NCBI RefSeq assembly: GCF_026626685.1
Contig: NZ_JAPNJX010000021.1
Span: forward strand, 297,329-361,328
Reading direction: 5' to 3'
DNA length: 64,000 nucleotides
Source of the DNA: Nannocystis sp. SCPEA4
Lineage (GTDB): Bacteria > Myxococcota_A > Polyangia > Nannocystales > Nannocystaceae
Under the pieces are notes generated by a model, which saw nothing but the letters and a program-made list of their open reading frames with translations, searched no databases and was not told the DNA's origin. How positions within the stretch are numbered: position 1 is the first letter of the stretch; each line of letters opens with the position of its first letter. Below, in pieces: positions 1 through 9,729 of the stretch. The position numbers and the translations under genes are program-made.

Positions 1-1652
1 GCGTTGGTGAACGTCGCGCCGTCGGGGTCGATGCGGTCGCGCACCGCCAGGAATTGCTCGAGCCGGCTCGGCGCCGCGCCTGGCTTCGCGGCCAGGATCG
101 CGTGCACATACTCGTCGATGCCCGGCACGCTACCGAGGTCCTTGCCCCAATTGGGCAGGCCGCCCCACTTCTTCCACCCGAGCCCGTGCGCCTCGCTGTA
201 GAACTCGCCGTTGAAGGCGTCGTACGTTTTCGTCAGCGAGCCGTGCGAGTAGCTCAGGTACTCGAAGTAGCAGGTGTGCTGCGACGAGCCCGCCGGCGCG
301 TAGGCGGGCGACAGCGTCGCCTGGCTGTTGCGGACGAAGCGGGCGTGGGCGTTGAGGTTGATCGGGTACGGCATGTTCCCCTCGCTGCCGCTGCGCCACG
401 CCTCCATGCGGTCGACCAGCTGGTAGAACGCGGCGACGATGTCGGCGAAGCCCTGGTCGCCCTGCATCGGCATCGTGAACTCGAGGTCGAGGAAGTGCCG
501 GAAGTAGTGCTTCTGATAAAGAAACGCGTCGGGCGGGGTGAGCACGACCGGGTCGCTGAAGTGGTTCTTCCACTTCATCGTCTTCAGCGCGAAGCTCGAC
601 ATCGCCGGCACGACCTTCGGGTGGGCGTCGACGAGCGGGCCGATGGCCCCGCCCGCCAGCGCCAGCACCCCGAACACGTCATTCCACAGCTCGACGAAGC
701 CGGCGTCGGCGCTGACCGGATCGCTGGTGCGATCGAAGCACATCACCCACAGCGTGTCCTTCTCCGGCCCGGCCGGCACCGGGGTGAGCCAGTGCATCTT
801 GTAATCGTTATAGGGGAACCAGAAGATCTCGACGTAATCGTATTTCTCGAGCCACGCCTTCAGCTTCGACGGATCGGCGCGGTCGAACACGTCGGTGACC
901 GGCACGAAGTGGTTCGTGACCCGCAGGTTGAACGGCTCGGCCGGCAGCTGGAAGACGATCCGCGCCAGTACTCCGAGCGCGCCCTGATTCACCCGCACCA
1001 CGTTCATCAGCTCGGCCGCGCCGAGCCCGAGGTCCTCGAACCCCGGCGGGATCGAGTCGGCGGTGAACGACAGCACGCGGCCGTCGGGCGCCACCAGGTC
1101 GAGGCCGTACACCAGCTCGGCGATCGTCGGCTCCGACCAGCCGGTGCCGTGGCAGCCGTTGGCGACGAAGCCGCTCAGGGTGATGTCGGGCGCCGGGCCC
1201 TGGGTCGGCAGCGGCGCGCCGAGGCGCTGGGCCAGGTTGGCGAAGTCGCCCTGGCACATCCCGGCCGGCACGCCGATCCGGCGGTACTTGCGGCCATCGG
1301 CGCCGGTCACCAGCTCGTCGGTGACCTCCATGCAATTGCGACCAGCCGTGCCGAGCGTATTGCACACGCAGGCGTGCTTGTTGGCGGGAGTCAGCTTGCC
1401 GGTGTTGACCGAACAATCGGCGGTGACGATCGCATCGTTCCACGAATGGCCGCTGCCGCGGGCGCGGACCTGCCGGCGCGCGGCGTGGGCCAGGCGCACG
1501 ACCTCGCGCAGCTCGGTGAGGCAGCGCGGCTCGGCGTAGGTCGCCGGCGTGAACGTGACGGTGTCCGACCAATTGGTCTGGGGGGTGGCGCGGGTCGCCG
1601 CGACGGTGGCGTCGGCGGCCTCGATTTCGTTGCTGGTGCGATCGTCGGTCAT
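1..1652 (-). CDS. FAD-linked oxidase of the VAO/PCMH family, L-gulonolactone / D-arabinono-1,4-lactone oxidase-like (FAD_binding_4 N-domain, ALO-like C-domain). The 3' end probably runs just past the window start.
   Basis: Not in the ORF track; hand-translated from the minus strand. ATG at 1652 preceded by GGAGG (rev-comp of 1659-1663) at ~6 nt. N-term MTDDRTSNEIEAAD...; GSGHSW FAD-histidine motif; C-terminal ...LAVRDRIDPDGATFTN resembles the ALO-family tail; high GC3, non-repetitive composition. Confidence 0.7.
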   Translation of the reverse strand, partial: MTDDRTSNEIEAADATVAATRATPQTNWSDTVTFTPATYAEPRCLTELREVVRLAHAARRQVRARGSGHSWNDAIVTADCSVNTGKLTPANKHACVCNTLGTAGRNCMEVTDELVTGADGRKYRRIGVPAGMCQGDFANLAQRLGAPLPTQGPAPDITLSGFVANGCHGTGWSEPTIAELVYGLDLVAPDGRVLSFTADSIPPGFEDLGLGAAELMNVVRVNQGALGVLARIVFQLPAEPFNLRVTNHFVPVTDVFDRADPSKLKAWLEKYDYVEIFWFPYNDYKMHWLTPVPAGPEKDTLWVMCFDRTSDPVSADAGFVELWNDVFGVLALAGGAIGPLVDAHPKVVPAMSSFALKTMKWKNHFSDPVVLTPPDAFLYQKHYFRHFLDLEFTMPMQGDQGFADIVAAFYQLVDRMEAWRSGSEGNMPYPINLNAHARFVRNSQATLSPAYAPAGSSQHTCYFEYLSYSHGSLTKTYDAFNGEFYSEAHGLGWKKWGGLPNWGKDLGSVPGIDEYVHAILAAKPGAAPSRLEQFLAVRDRIDPDGATFTN

Positions 1653-1674
1653 GGCATTGCCTCCTGCGATCGCC

Positions 1675-4600
1675 TCAGAACCCCGGCCGCCAGACGGTGC
1701 GCGGTTCCGTGCTGATCGCGCGTGCCGCCAGCATGCCCGAGGTGGTGGCGGCCTCGACGCAGCCGCAATTGAGATCGGTGCGGGTCCAGTCGCCGCACAG
1801 CAGGAGGCCGCGCACCCCCGACTCGGCCTGCCCGAGCCGGAGCGCAGTCGAGCCGGGCTGGCTCAACACGTAGAGGTTCGACGGCTGGACGTCGGCGATC
1901 AAATGCTGCCAGAAAAGCCGCGCCGGCCCCTCGAGCGGCTCGCCTTCGACCACGAGGTCGTCGAGGAAGCCGGCGAAGCTGCGCGGCGTGCCCGTGCCGT
2001 TGTAGAACGCGAGATAGTTGTCGCCGAGCCACTGCTGGACCTTGACCTCCCACTGGGCCTGGATCCGCTCGGGATAGTCGGGCCCGCAGGCCGGCGGCAG
2101 CGGCGGGTGGCCGGCCACCGACGCGCCGGTGAAGTACGAGAGCAGGTGCGGCTTGACCGTCTGCCACTCCTCGTAGGCGAGCAGCGGCGTGAAATCGCCG
2201 TAGCTCGGCTCGGGCTGGGCGTAGCAGGTCAGAAGGCCGCGCTGCGCCCCGCTGAACAGCGCGCCCGCGTTCGGCTTCAGCCACAGCTGGAACGACAGCG
2301 TCTGCGTCAGCGCGATTCCGTCGATCATCCGCTTCCACCGGGGATCGGCGTCGGGCCGCGCGGGCTGGGTCAGCGGCGAGTCGATGAGCGGCAGCGCGCC
2401 GAGCGGGACGCCGAGCACCACGAGATCGAAGTCCTTGTCGTGCTCGAGCACCACCGGCTTGGCCCTGGTGTTCTCGTCCGTGCGCCAGGCGTTGAGGAAG
2501 TCGATGTCGTGGGCCTTGAACCAGTCGCCGTCGACCAATTGATCCCAGTGCGGGTCGAGCGGCCAGTCGTGCAATTCGGGCGGGTTGTTGGCGAGGTCGG
2601 GCGTGACGAGCGGTGAATAGGCGCCCGGGCCACCCTTGACCTCGGCCTGTCGTTGCAGGTGCACGCGCACGAGACGGCGCTGCTCGCCGCTGCCGTCGAG
2701 CTCGAGGCCGGTCACGGTGTGGAAGAAGTTGACCTCGGCGCCGAGCCGCTTGAGCGCCAGGTAGAGCGGCGTCATCATCGTCTGGGCGCAGCTGTACTCG
2801 AAGCGGTAGGCCGGGGCGCCGTGGTAGCCGAGGCTCTCGAGCAGGAACCACCGCGTGGCCACGCCCGCCGCCAGATGGGCCGGGCGGACGTCGGTGTCGA
2901 GCAGCGTGCAGGCGTCCTTGTGCGGGTCGGCGTTCTGGTGGGCGAACAGGGTCTCGTAGACCTGATTGATGACCTCCCACGATTCGCCGGCGGCCTCGTG
3001 CAGGCCGTTGGCCTTGAGCCACTCGCGGAAGTCGTAGCCGTCGAGCTCGGACAGGTTGCTGACCGGATGCTTGAGCAGGCCGATGAAGATGGTGAGCATC
3101 GTGTCGACGCCGGTCCACAGGAACCACAAGTACGTCGACAGCGAGGTGTCGGCGCGCACGCGGGCGGCCAGATCGTCGCGCACCTTCGTGACCTCGCCGC
3201 CGATTACCGTGTCGAGCCCGCCGAACCCGGTCTCGATCAGCTTCTCCGCCGCGCTCGTGACGAGGCCGACGATGGCGCTGCGCAGCCGGTGCAGCACCGA
3301 GGTGTGGCCCTCCATCGCGTCGGCGAGCCCGGCGTGGGCGTCGGACATGGCCTTGAAGTGATCGAGCGTGCGCCGCACCAGCGCCTCGATCGCGCCCAGC
3401 AACGCGTGCGCGCCGGTGCTCCCCCCGGTCGACGTCGACGACGCCGCGGCCGACAGGCTCGGCAGCTGGCAGTACGACCATTCGCCGTTGTGATGCACCA
3501 TCAGCCCGTTGTACTTCTCCTGGTAGAAGGCGCGCTGATACAGCGCGTCGCCGATCTCGGGCGTGGCGAAGCCGTCGTGGTAGGCGTCCTGCACCGTGGT
3601 GAAGGCGTTCTGATAGAAGCCGAGGAACGCGTGCAGGCCGTGCTCCTCGACGCGCCAGGCCTTGTCGGGGTTGCGCCACGACTGGCACTTGCCGCCCAGG
3701 CGATAGCCGGTGGTGTAGACCGACACCTCGTAGCGGTCGGTCTGGCGCGCCAGATACAGCGCGGTCGTGCAGGCCGCCGGCCCGCCGCCGAGCACCGCGA
3801 CCCTGAGCTTGCGCGTCGCCGGCGGCCGCGGATAGTCGGCCTTGGCGCACGAGCCGGGCAGCGAGATGGCCTGCGGGCAGCGGATCCGGAACGCGCCCAG
3901 CTCCGCGTCGATCAGGCTCGGCACGCGGTAGGTGCCCGGCGGGAGGCCCGGCGGGGTCAGCGAGGCGCCGATCGTGATGGTCGCGGCGAGCGGCTGAATC
4001 GTGGCACTCGGGTCGTCGGCCTGGAGGATGTTGTTGGCGGCCAGGAACGGCCCGGCGTGCGGCGAGTTGAACGAATTGGGATCGATGATGTGAAGCGCCT
4101 GCGAGATCGTCGGCTGCTCGAACAGCTGGCGGACGATCAGGAAGTTGCGCACGTCGGCCGACGACTTGGGCCCGACGCCCGGGACCTCGGTGAACTCGCC
4201 GGTCACCGCCGGCGTGCTGCCGCCCTTGGGCGTGACGGTGAACTGCACCCTCGGGGAGCCGTCGCCGACGACGTTGAGCGTCCCCATCTGCTTCTCCCAC
4301 CCGTACATGTGCACGCCGAGCTCGCACGGCAGCAGCTCGTTGAGGTAGAGCCGCGGCATGTAGATGAAGGGACCGGGATAGGCGGCCTTCGGATCGCTGA
4401 TCTGCACCCACGGGACGCCGATCAGCAGCTCCTCGTAATCCATGGTGCCGAACCACGCGCGGAAGATCTCGTGCGAGAAGAACAGATAGACCGGATGCCA
4501 GCCCGACGGCACCACCGGCTGCGGCGCCAGCTCGAGCCCGGCCGGCAGCAGCTGCCGCACCGTCTCCGCCGGCAATACGAGCACCGCGACGCGCGCGTCG

Positions 4601-4773
4601 AGGGTGCCCTGCGCTTGATAACCGCCGAGCGACTTGCCGTTCGCGTCGGTGTGGCCGAACTGCAGCGCCAGCTCGCTGGTGAGCGCCGCGGCGCGCGACT
4701 CCGGATCGGTGGTGCCGGGGGACTGAGACAGGGCAATGGCTAATTCACGGGCTCGGCTGAGGTCCTTCATCAC
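1675..4773 (-). CDS. Two-domain oxidoreductase: N-terminal ~320 aa domain of unknown function fused to a C-terminal NAD(P)/FAD-binding amine-oxidase / phytoene-desaturase-like domain.
   Basis: 1032-aa ORF; AGGAG ~8 nt upstream of ATG (MMKDLSR); Rossmann motif VAVLGGGPAACTTALYLAR...GGK; stop lies 22 bp before the start of the downstream FAD oxidase, suggesting an operon. Confidence 0.75.
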   Translation of the reverse strand: MMKDLSRARELAIALSQSPGTTDPESRAAALTSELALQFGHTDANGKSLGGYQAQGTLDARVAVLVLPAETVRQLLPAGLELAPQPVVPSGWHPVYLFFSHEIFRAWFGTMDYEELLIGVPWVQISDPKAAYPGPFIYMPRLYLNELLPCELGVHMYGWEKQMGTLNVVGDGSPRVQFTVTPKGGSTPAVTGEFTEVPGVGPKSSADVRNFLIVRQLFEQPTISQALHIIDPNSFNSPHAGPFLAANNILQADDPSATIQPLAATITIGASLTPPGLPPGTYRVPSLIDAELGAFRIRCPQAISLPGSCAKADYPRPPATRKLRVAVLGGGPAACTTALYLARQTDRYEVSVYTTGYRLGGKCQSWRNPDKAWRVEEHGLHAFLGFYQNAFTTVQDAYHDGFATPEIGDALYQRAFYQEKYNGLMVHHNGEWSYCQLPSLSAAASSTSTGGSTGAHALLGAIEALVRRTLDHFKAMSDAHAGLADAMEGHTSVLHRLRSAIVGLVTSAAEKLIETGFGGLDTVIGGEVTKVRDDLAARVRADTSLSTYLWFLWTGVDTMLTIFIGLLKHPVSNLSELDGYDFREWLKANGLHEAAGESWEVINQVYETLFAHQNADPHKDACTLLDTDVRPAHLAAGVATRWFLLESLGYHGAPAYRFEYSCAQTMMTPLYLALKRLGAEVNFFHTVTGLELDGSGEQRRLVRVHLQRQAEVKGGPGAYSPLVTPDLANNPPELHDWPLDPHWDQLVDGDWFKAHDIDFLNAWRTDENTRAKPVVLEHDKDFDLVVLGVPLGALPLIDSPLTQPARPDADPRWKRMIDGIALTQTLSFQLWLKPNAGALFSGAQRGLLTCYAQPEPSYGDFTPLLAYEEWQTVKPHLLSYFTGASVAGHPPLPPACGPDYPERIQAQWEVKVQQWLGDNYLAFYNGTGTPRSFAGFLDDLVVEGEPLEGPARLFWQHLIADVQPSNLYVLSQPGSTALRLGQAESGVRGLLLCGDWTRTDLNCGCVEAATTSGMLAARAISTEPRTVWRPGF

Positions 4774-4801
4774 GCTGCTCCTGGTTGTCGGGGGTGCTCG
4801 G

Positions 4802-7800
4802 CTATGTGCGCCGGACGAAGCCCGGCGCGACCATGTCGGTGAAGCGATCGGGGCGCGCGATCCGGCTCTCGCTCATCCACGCGTCCGCCTTCTGCTGGTG
4901 CGCGCGGCCCTCGTCGCCGCCGACGAGCGCGGCCAGGCGCCGACGCGAGGCCGCCAGGTCGGTGCCCATCGAGAGGCGCTCGAAGATGGCGACCGTGCGG
5001 CGCAACTCCGTCACTGCGAGCTCGGTCTTGCCCTCGAGCGCGGCGACGCTGGCGAGCGTGAGGTGGCCGTAGGCGTCGGACATCGGCAGCGGCACGCGGA
5101 AGTTGTGCCTGGCGGCCGCGCGCGCGATCTTGAGGAGGGGCGCCGGGTCGCTCGACTGCGCCGCCAGGGCCAGCGCGTTGGCGGCGCGCGAGCGGTGGAA
5201 CTCGGCCTTGACGAACGGCACGCGGAAGAACAGCAGCTTCTCGACCAGCGGCGAGTCGATCTCGTTCTGCTTCCACGCGCCCTCGGCGTCGCCGCGGTAG
5301 CGCAGCAGCTCGGTCTGCTTCGACGCGCAGTTGAAGAAGTGCGCCTCGAACCGCTTGGGCGCGTGGCGTCGGTAGTGCTCGAGCTGCTCGGTGGCGGCGT
5401 CGACCTGGTCCTGGGCGAGGTACACGTAATTGCCGAGCACCCCGCGCGCGAAGCCCTCGACGTACGGGTTGGGCCGCTCGGCGCACTCGCGGAGCAGGCG
5501 GAAGCCGACGTCGGAGAGCTCGCCGATCCGGCCGAGGTACATCAGCACCGTCATGCGGTGAGCGTCCATCTGGGCGATCTCGTCCATCACCCCCGTGCAC
5601 TGCTCGCGCAAGATGGCGATGCCCCGCTCGTAGTCGACCAGCGCCTGCTCGAATCGACACAGCATCTGGTGCGCGCCGGCGCGGTACTGTGCCAACATTC
5701 CGCGGACGTAGGGGCTGGCCTGGACCTCGGCCGAGGCCTCGAGGCTGTCGAAGATCGCGGTCGCCTGGGCGTCGGCGGTGCCGCCCTCCATCAGCGCGCG
5801 CACGTAGGCCTCGTAGCCGATCGCCCGCGCGGCCCGCAGCGGATCGCCGCTGTTCAGCGCCAGCCGCAGGTGACGCGCGTGGAACAGCGCCGAGGCGATG
5901 CCGTCGCTGTAGATGAGCCCGCGCGTGACCGTCCAGCAGACGTCGAGCCGCTGGGCGTCGCGCTCGGACAATTGATTGGCGCCGGCCGGCGGCAGCTCGA
6001 GCTTGCGCGCGGCCAGCAGGGCGCGCTGGCCGAGCAGCGCGACGATCGTCGATGCGGTGCCGCGGGTCAGCGACAGACCGACGCGCGGCAGCAGCTCCTC
6101 GAGCACCGCCCTGCCCTCGTCGTGATGCCCCGTCGACAAAAAGTGCGCGGCCGCCAGGCGCAACCACTCGGTCCGCTGCGCCTCGCTGGCGGCCCCGTCG
6201 CCCGCGTGCGCGGCGTCGGTGTAGACGCGGGCCGCGGCGTGCAGGCGGCCGGCGTTGGCCAACGCCTCGGCCAGGCGCGCGCGCGTGTGCGTGGCCGCGG
6301 CCGCGTCGATGCCCCCGATCGACAGCGTGGCCCGGAACAGCTCGGCGGCCTGGTCGAAGGCCAGCGCGCGCGCGGCGTCCTCGGCGGCGGCGAGGGTGAA
6401 CCGCGTGGCCCGCTCGGTGTCGTTGGCGGCGCGGAAGTGATGCGCCAGCGTGGCGGTGTCGGCCGAGCCGGAGCGCAGCAAGGCCTCGCCGATCGCCCGG
6501 TGGATCGCCGCGAGCTCGGACCCGTGCGATTCGGCGGCCTCCTGCGCCGCGGCCTCGCGCACGCGATCGTGGTAGGTCTCGAGCACGTCGTCCTGCGACG
6601 AATCGGCGATCCGGATCAGGTGCTCGGCGCGCAGTCGGGCCAGCGTGCCGCGATCGACCGGCCCGGCCCCGGCGGTGACGATGTCGACCGCGAGCGTGCG
6701 CGGCAGTCGGCCGCCGGCCACCGCGAGCACCTCGACCAGGCGCTTGGCCGACGGCGGCAGGCGCTGCAGGTGCGTGCGCAACAGGCCGTCGAGGCTGAGA
6801 CCGGCGCCGTCGAGGCCGCCGTGGGCGAGCGCGTAGCGGACCAGCTCGCCGATGAAGAACGGGCTGCCGCGAGCCTCACGAGCGACGCGCGCGGCCACCG
6901 GATCGTCGACGGGACCGCCCAGCAGACGCGCCGCGAGGGCGATCGATTGCTCCTCCGACAGCGGCCCGACCACCACGCGGCGCAGCGCCACCTGCTCGCT
7001 GGCCTCGAGGCTGCCCCACAGGTGCGCCAGCGGGGCGCGCGTGGCCTCGGTGCCCTCGCGGTGGCTGCCGAGCAGCGCGACCGGCGGCGGGTGCTTGCGC
7101 TGCAGCACCGACTCGAGCAGGAGCACGCTGTCGAGGTCGGCCCATTGCAGGTCGTCGAGCGCGAGCACCACCCGGCGGCGAATCGCTATGCGCGTGAGCA
7201 GCTCGGCCAGCGAGTCGGCGGCGCGGCGGCGGATCTCGATCGGGTCGCAGCCGTCGAGGCGTGCGTCGTCGATCGCGCGGATCGCCGGCACCGTGCGCAG
7301 CACCGGGAACAGCCGGGCCAGGGCTGCCAGATCCTCGCGCCGGCCGATCGCGGTCGCGTCGCCGGCGTCGCTGCTGCACAGGTACAGGCCGAGGGCGTCG
7401 ATCGCCGAATCGAGGGCCTTGAACGGGATCGACTCGCGCTCCGAGCAGCTGCCGGAGAACGCGACGATGCCGTCCTCGCGGCGGGCGACGTCGAGGACGT
7501 GCTCGACCAGCGTGGTCTTGCCGAAGCCCGACGGCCCGCTGACGAACACCGCGCTGGTGCGGCCGGGCTGGACGATGTGGTCGCGCAACAGCCGGGCCTC
7601 CTGCTCGCGCCCGAGCAGGCCCTGGACCGTCAGCTCGATCGCCACCAGATCGCCGCGACCCAGGCGCGTGAGCACCTCGGCGGCGGTCGGGCGATCCTCC
7701 GGCTCGCGCGCCAGCAGGTCGAGGCACAGGCGATCGAGGTGTTGCGGCACGCCGGGGCGCCGGCGCGACGGGGGCTCGGGCACCTCCATCAATTTGCGCT

Positions 7801-8740
7801 CGAACACCTCAACCAGCGGGCGGCCGGTGTGGCGCGACTCGCCGCTCAGGCACTCCCACAGCACCTCGCCGACGGCGTACCAGTCGGCGGGCGGGCCGGC
7901 GTCGTCGGAGCGGACGATCTGCTCCGGCGCCATGTAGAGCGGCGTGCCGAGCAGCGCCGCGTTCTCGCCGACGTTGTCGAACGAGGCGACCCGGCTCTCG
8001 CGCACCAGCCCGAGGTCGAGCACGACCACGCGGCCCGACGCGGTGACCATCACGTTCGACGGTTTGATGTCGCGGTGGACCAGGCCGTGGCGGTGCACGC
8101 ACGACAGCCCGCAGGCCAGGCCGACCATGCAGTCCTGCAATCGCCGCAGGCCGGCGTCGTCGAGCCCCTCGCCGTCGGGAAGCTCGTCGCGCACCGCGCT
8201 CACGAAGTGCGCGCCGCGGAGCAGCTCCATGGTGAAGAACGCCAGCCCCGCGCCGTGCTGGTCGTCGACGTGGACGAGGTCGTAGAGCGCGACGATGTTC
8301 GGGTGGACCACCGCCGACAGCGAGCGGAACTCGCGCTTGAAGCGATACAGCCGCTCGGGGCTGGTGCCGCGAATGATCTTCAGCGCCACCGTGGTGCCGT
8401 CGGGCGCGCGCGCCTCGAACACCTGGCCCATGCCGCCCATCCCGAGCGGTCGCACCAGCACGTGGCGGCCGATGTTCATCGGCATCGCCGAAGCGACGAA
8501 CACGTTGGCCGCGTCGTGCGACGCGGTGCTGTCGAGGTGCGCGGGCAGACGGGCCCGCCCGCTCGAGCCGATGCTCATGCCCGCGCTCGGCCCGTCGACC
8601 GTCTCGGAGTCGACGGTGTCGATGGTGTCGGAGTCGACGGTGGCCGCGAAGCCGAGGTCGCCGCGAGCCGCCGCGCCGCCGCGGGCGTCGCCCGCCTTGG
8701 CCTCGGGCGAGTCGCCGCCGTGGACTGCCATGCGGCCCAT
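4802..8740 (-). CDS. Ser/Thr protein kinase fused to an AAA+ (STAND-like) ATPase and a long TPR/alpha-helical C-terminus.
   Basis: Kinase subdomains: GxGxxG (LGMGGMGQV), VALK, HRDIKPSN, DLG, APE. P-loop SGPSGFGKTT. The listed ORF starts at 9178 but its N-terminal 146 aa are R/G-rich and look non-coding. I chose start M147 (8740) ahead of the kinase G-loop; M201 (8578) is an alternative. Start is uncertain. Confidence 0.7.
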   Translation of the reverse strand: MGRMAVHGGDSPEAKAGDARGGAAARGDLGFAATVDSDTIDTVDSETVDGPSAGMSIGSSGRARLPAHLDSTASHDAANVFVASAMPMNIGRHVLVRPLGMGGMGQVFEARAPDGTTVALKIIRGTSPERLYRFKREFRSLSAVVHPNIVALYDLVHVDDQHGAGLAFFTMELLRGAHFVSAVRDELPDGEGLDDAGLRRLQDCMVGLACGLSCVHRHGLVHRDIKPSNVMVTASGRVVVLDLGLVRESRVASFDNVGENAALLGTPLYMAPEQIVRSDDAGPPADWYAVGEVLWECLSGESRHTGRPLVEVFERKLMEVPEPPSRRRPGVPQHLDRLCLDLLAREPEDRPTAAEVLTRLGRGDLVAIELTVQGLLGREQEARLLRDHIVQPGRTSAVFVSGPSGFGKTTLVEHVLDVARREDGIVAFSGSCSERESIPFKALDSAIDALGLYLCSSDAGDATAIGRREDLAALARLFPVLRTVPAIRAIDDARLDGCDPIEIRRRAADSLAELLTRIAIRRRVVLALDDLQWADLDSVLLLESVLQRKHPPPVALLGSHREGTEATRAPLAHLWGSLEASEQVALRRVVVGPLSEEQSIALAARLLGGPVDDPVAARVAREARGSPFFIGELVRYALAHGGLDGAGLSLDGLLRTHLQRLPPSAKRLVEVLAVAGGRLPRTLAVDIVTAGAGPVDRGTLARLRAEHLIRIADSSQDDVLETYHDRVREAAAQEAAESHGSELAAIHRAIGEALLRSGSADTATLAHHFRAANDTERATRFTLAAAEDAARALAFDQAAELFRATLSIGGIDAAAATHTRARLAEALANAGRLHAAARVYTDAAHAGDGAASEAQRTEWLRLAAAHFLSTGHHDEGRAVLEELLPRVGLSLTRGTASTIVALLGQRALLAARKLELPPAGANQLSERDAQRLDVCWTVTRGLIYSDGIASALFHARHLRLALNSGDPLRAARAIGYEAYVRALMEGGTADAQATAIFDSLEASAEVQASPYVRGMLAQYRAGAHQMLCRFEQALVDYERGIAILREQCTGVMDEIAQMDAHRMTVLMYLGRIGELSDVGFRLLRECAERPNPYVEGFARGVLGNYVYLAQDQVDAATEQLEHYRRHAPKRFEAHFFNCASKQTELLRYRGDAEGAWKQNEIDSPLVEKLLFFRVPFVKAEFHRSRAANALALAAQSSDPAPLLKIARAAARHNFRVPLPMSDAYGHLTLASVAALEGKTELAVTELRRTVAIFERLSMGTDLAASRRRLAALVGGDEGRAHQQKADAWMSESRIARPDRFTDMVAPGFVRRT

Positions 8741-9412
8741 GCGTACCCCATGCCACCAGCCGGCGTCAACGGGACCGCTGGTGCGAATCGGTCGCTGCGA
8801 CGCGTTCCACGCAGGCGTCTGCGAGCAGGCCGAACGACGGCAGGCATCACGGCGCCGTCCGCAGGCGACGGACCACCGACGCGGGCCGCGGCGAGGCCTG
8901 GAGAAGCGCGAACTCGACGACGGTCTGCGGACGTCGCGGCGCGATCGTGCGCGCCGGTCGAGGCATCCGCCGCGCGTATCGAGGCGCGTCGGCGAATCAC
9001 CACAGCCCGCGGCGAGCGGACACCCACCATTCGGCCCTCGATAATTTCGTAATTCATCGATGGGCGCTTGACGGCCGCAGGCACCCATGATAAATCGTCC
9101 GCATGTTCCCTCGTCGTTCCGATCGGACCCTGAGTCCTCGATCCCGCAGCGGATTCGGGCGCTCGAGTTCGTCGTCACGATAGCGTGGGCGCCGCGGCGC
9201 CGTCACGCGATTGCGACGGCGTGAGCTCCAGCATCTGCGGCCGGAAGGCCGTTTCGGCCGGCGTAAGCCGCGATGGCGACCGAGCGTCGCCCTCGTGGCC
9301 GAGCGCCAGGCGACGGCGACCTGCGGGTCGTCGTCGTGCCGATGCGAGCGCACGCGATCGCGATCCCGCGATTGCGACCGGGCCCGCGCGTCCGCCCGAC
9401 ACCTACGATTCT

Positions 9413-9499
9413 GGAAGGATGGCCGAGAGGCAAGGCTCCGGGGTGCTAACCCGTGGACGGGCCTGAAAACCCGCGCGCGTTCGATCCGCGCTCCTTCCG
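9413..9499 (+). tRNA. tRNA-Ser (anticodon GCU), class II with long variable arm
   Basis: Hand-folded cloverleaf: acceptor GGAAGGA/TCCTTCC, D-arm GCC-GAGAGGCAA-GGC, anticodon loop GUGCUAA, variable stem CGGG...CCCG, T-arm CGCGC-TTCGATC-GCGCG, discriminator G, no encoded CCA. Confidence 0.8.
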
Positions 9500-9513
9500 T
9501 CGTCTTCACATTC

Positions 9514-9597
9514 GGAGCAGTCGTCCAGTGGTCCAGGACACCGGTCTGGAAAGCCGGGGGGCTCGCGCCTCCGGGGGTTCGAATCCCCCCTGCTCCG
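9514..9597 (+). tRNA. tRNA-Ser (anticodon GGA), class II
   Basis: Acceptor GGAGCAG/CTGCTCC, D-arm GTCC-AGTGGTCCA-GGAC, anticodon stem CCGGT/GCCGG with loop CUGGAAA, T-arm GGGGG-TTCGAAT-CCCCC, discriminator G. Confidence 0.85.
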
Positions 9598-9607
9598 CAC
9601 ATCTCCT

Positions 9608-9691
9608 GGGAGAGCGGCCATTTGGTTTGGCAAACGGTCCCGAAAACCGTCGCGGGTGACACCGTAGCAGGTTCGATTCCTGTCTCTTCCG
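9608..9691 (+). tRNA. tRNA-Ser (anticodon CGA), class II; position 33 is C rather than the usual U
   Basis: Acceptor GGGAGAG/CTCTTCC (one G-U pair), D-arm GCC-ATTTGGTTT-GGC, anticodon stem ACGGT/ACCGT with loop CCCGAAA, variable stem CGGTG/CACCG, T-arm GCAGG-TTCGATT-CCTGT. Confidence 0.75.
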
Positions 9692-9729
9692 TCCATTCGT
9701 CAATCGCAGCAGTGCGCCGCGCCCTGCCC

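Noticed and set aside
54-1715. Long listed ORFs on both strands of 1-1700 (54..1715 +, 808..1572 -, 130..573 -) and many similar ORFs rich in R/G/A/P/V throughout the window (e.g. 2653..4743 +, 4736..9052 +, 10747..12525 -, 12212..14809 -, 18863..21136 -, 22120..23916 -, 23807..27733 -, 25009..28968 +, 28522..30588 -, 51598..53982 +, 55367..57766 + N-terminal part, 57109..59103 +, 59262..60806 +, 60262..62013 +, 62104..63426 +).
   Set aside because: Their composition (Arg/Gly/Ala/Pro runs, low complexity, no motifs) is typical of out-of-frame or antisense readings of GC-rich coding DNA. In every case another frame or strand gives a protein with recognisable domains and sensible composition. 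For 1-1652 the real gene, an FAD oxidase, is in a minus-strand frame not listed in the track.
9068-9096. Sigma70-like promoter candidate TTGACG-N17-TAAATC in the AT-richer stretch ~340 bp upstream of the tRNA cluster
   Set aside because: The -10 hexamer is poor (3/6 match to TATAAT), it is far from the tRNA genes, and the orientation cannot be tested from sequence alone.
9054-9696. Listed ORFs 9054..9662 -, 9403..9696 -, 9453..9659 + and 9211..10761 + overlapping the tRNA region
   Set aside because: They run across three well-formed tRNA-Ser cloverleaves and the antisense of the deacetylase gene; composition is junk-like.
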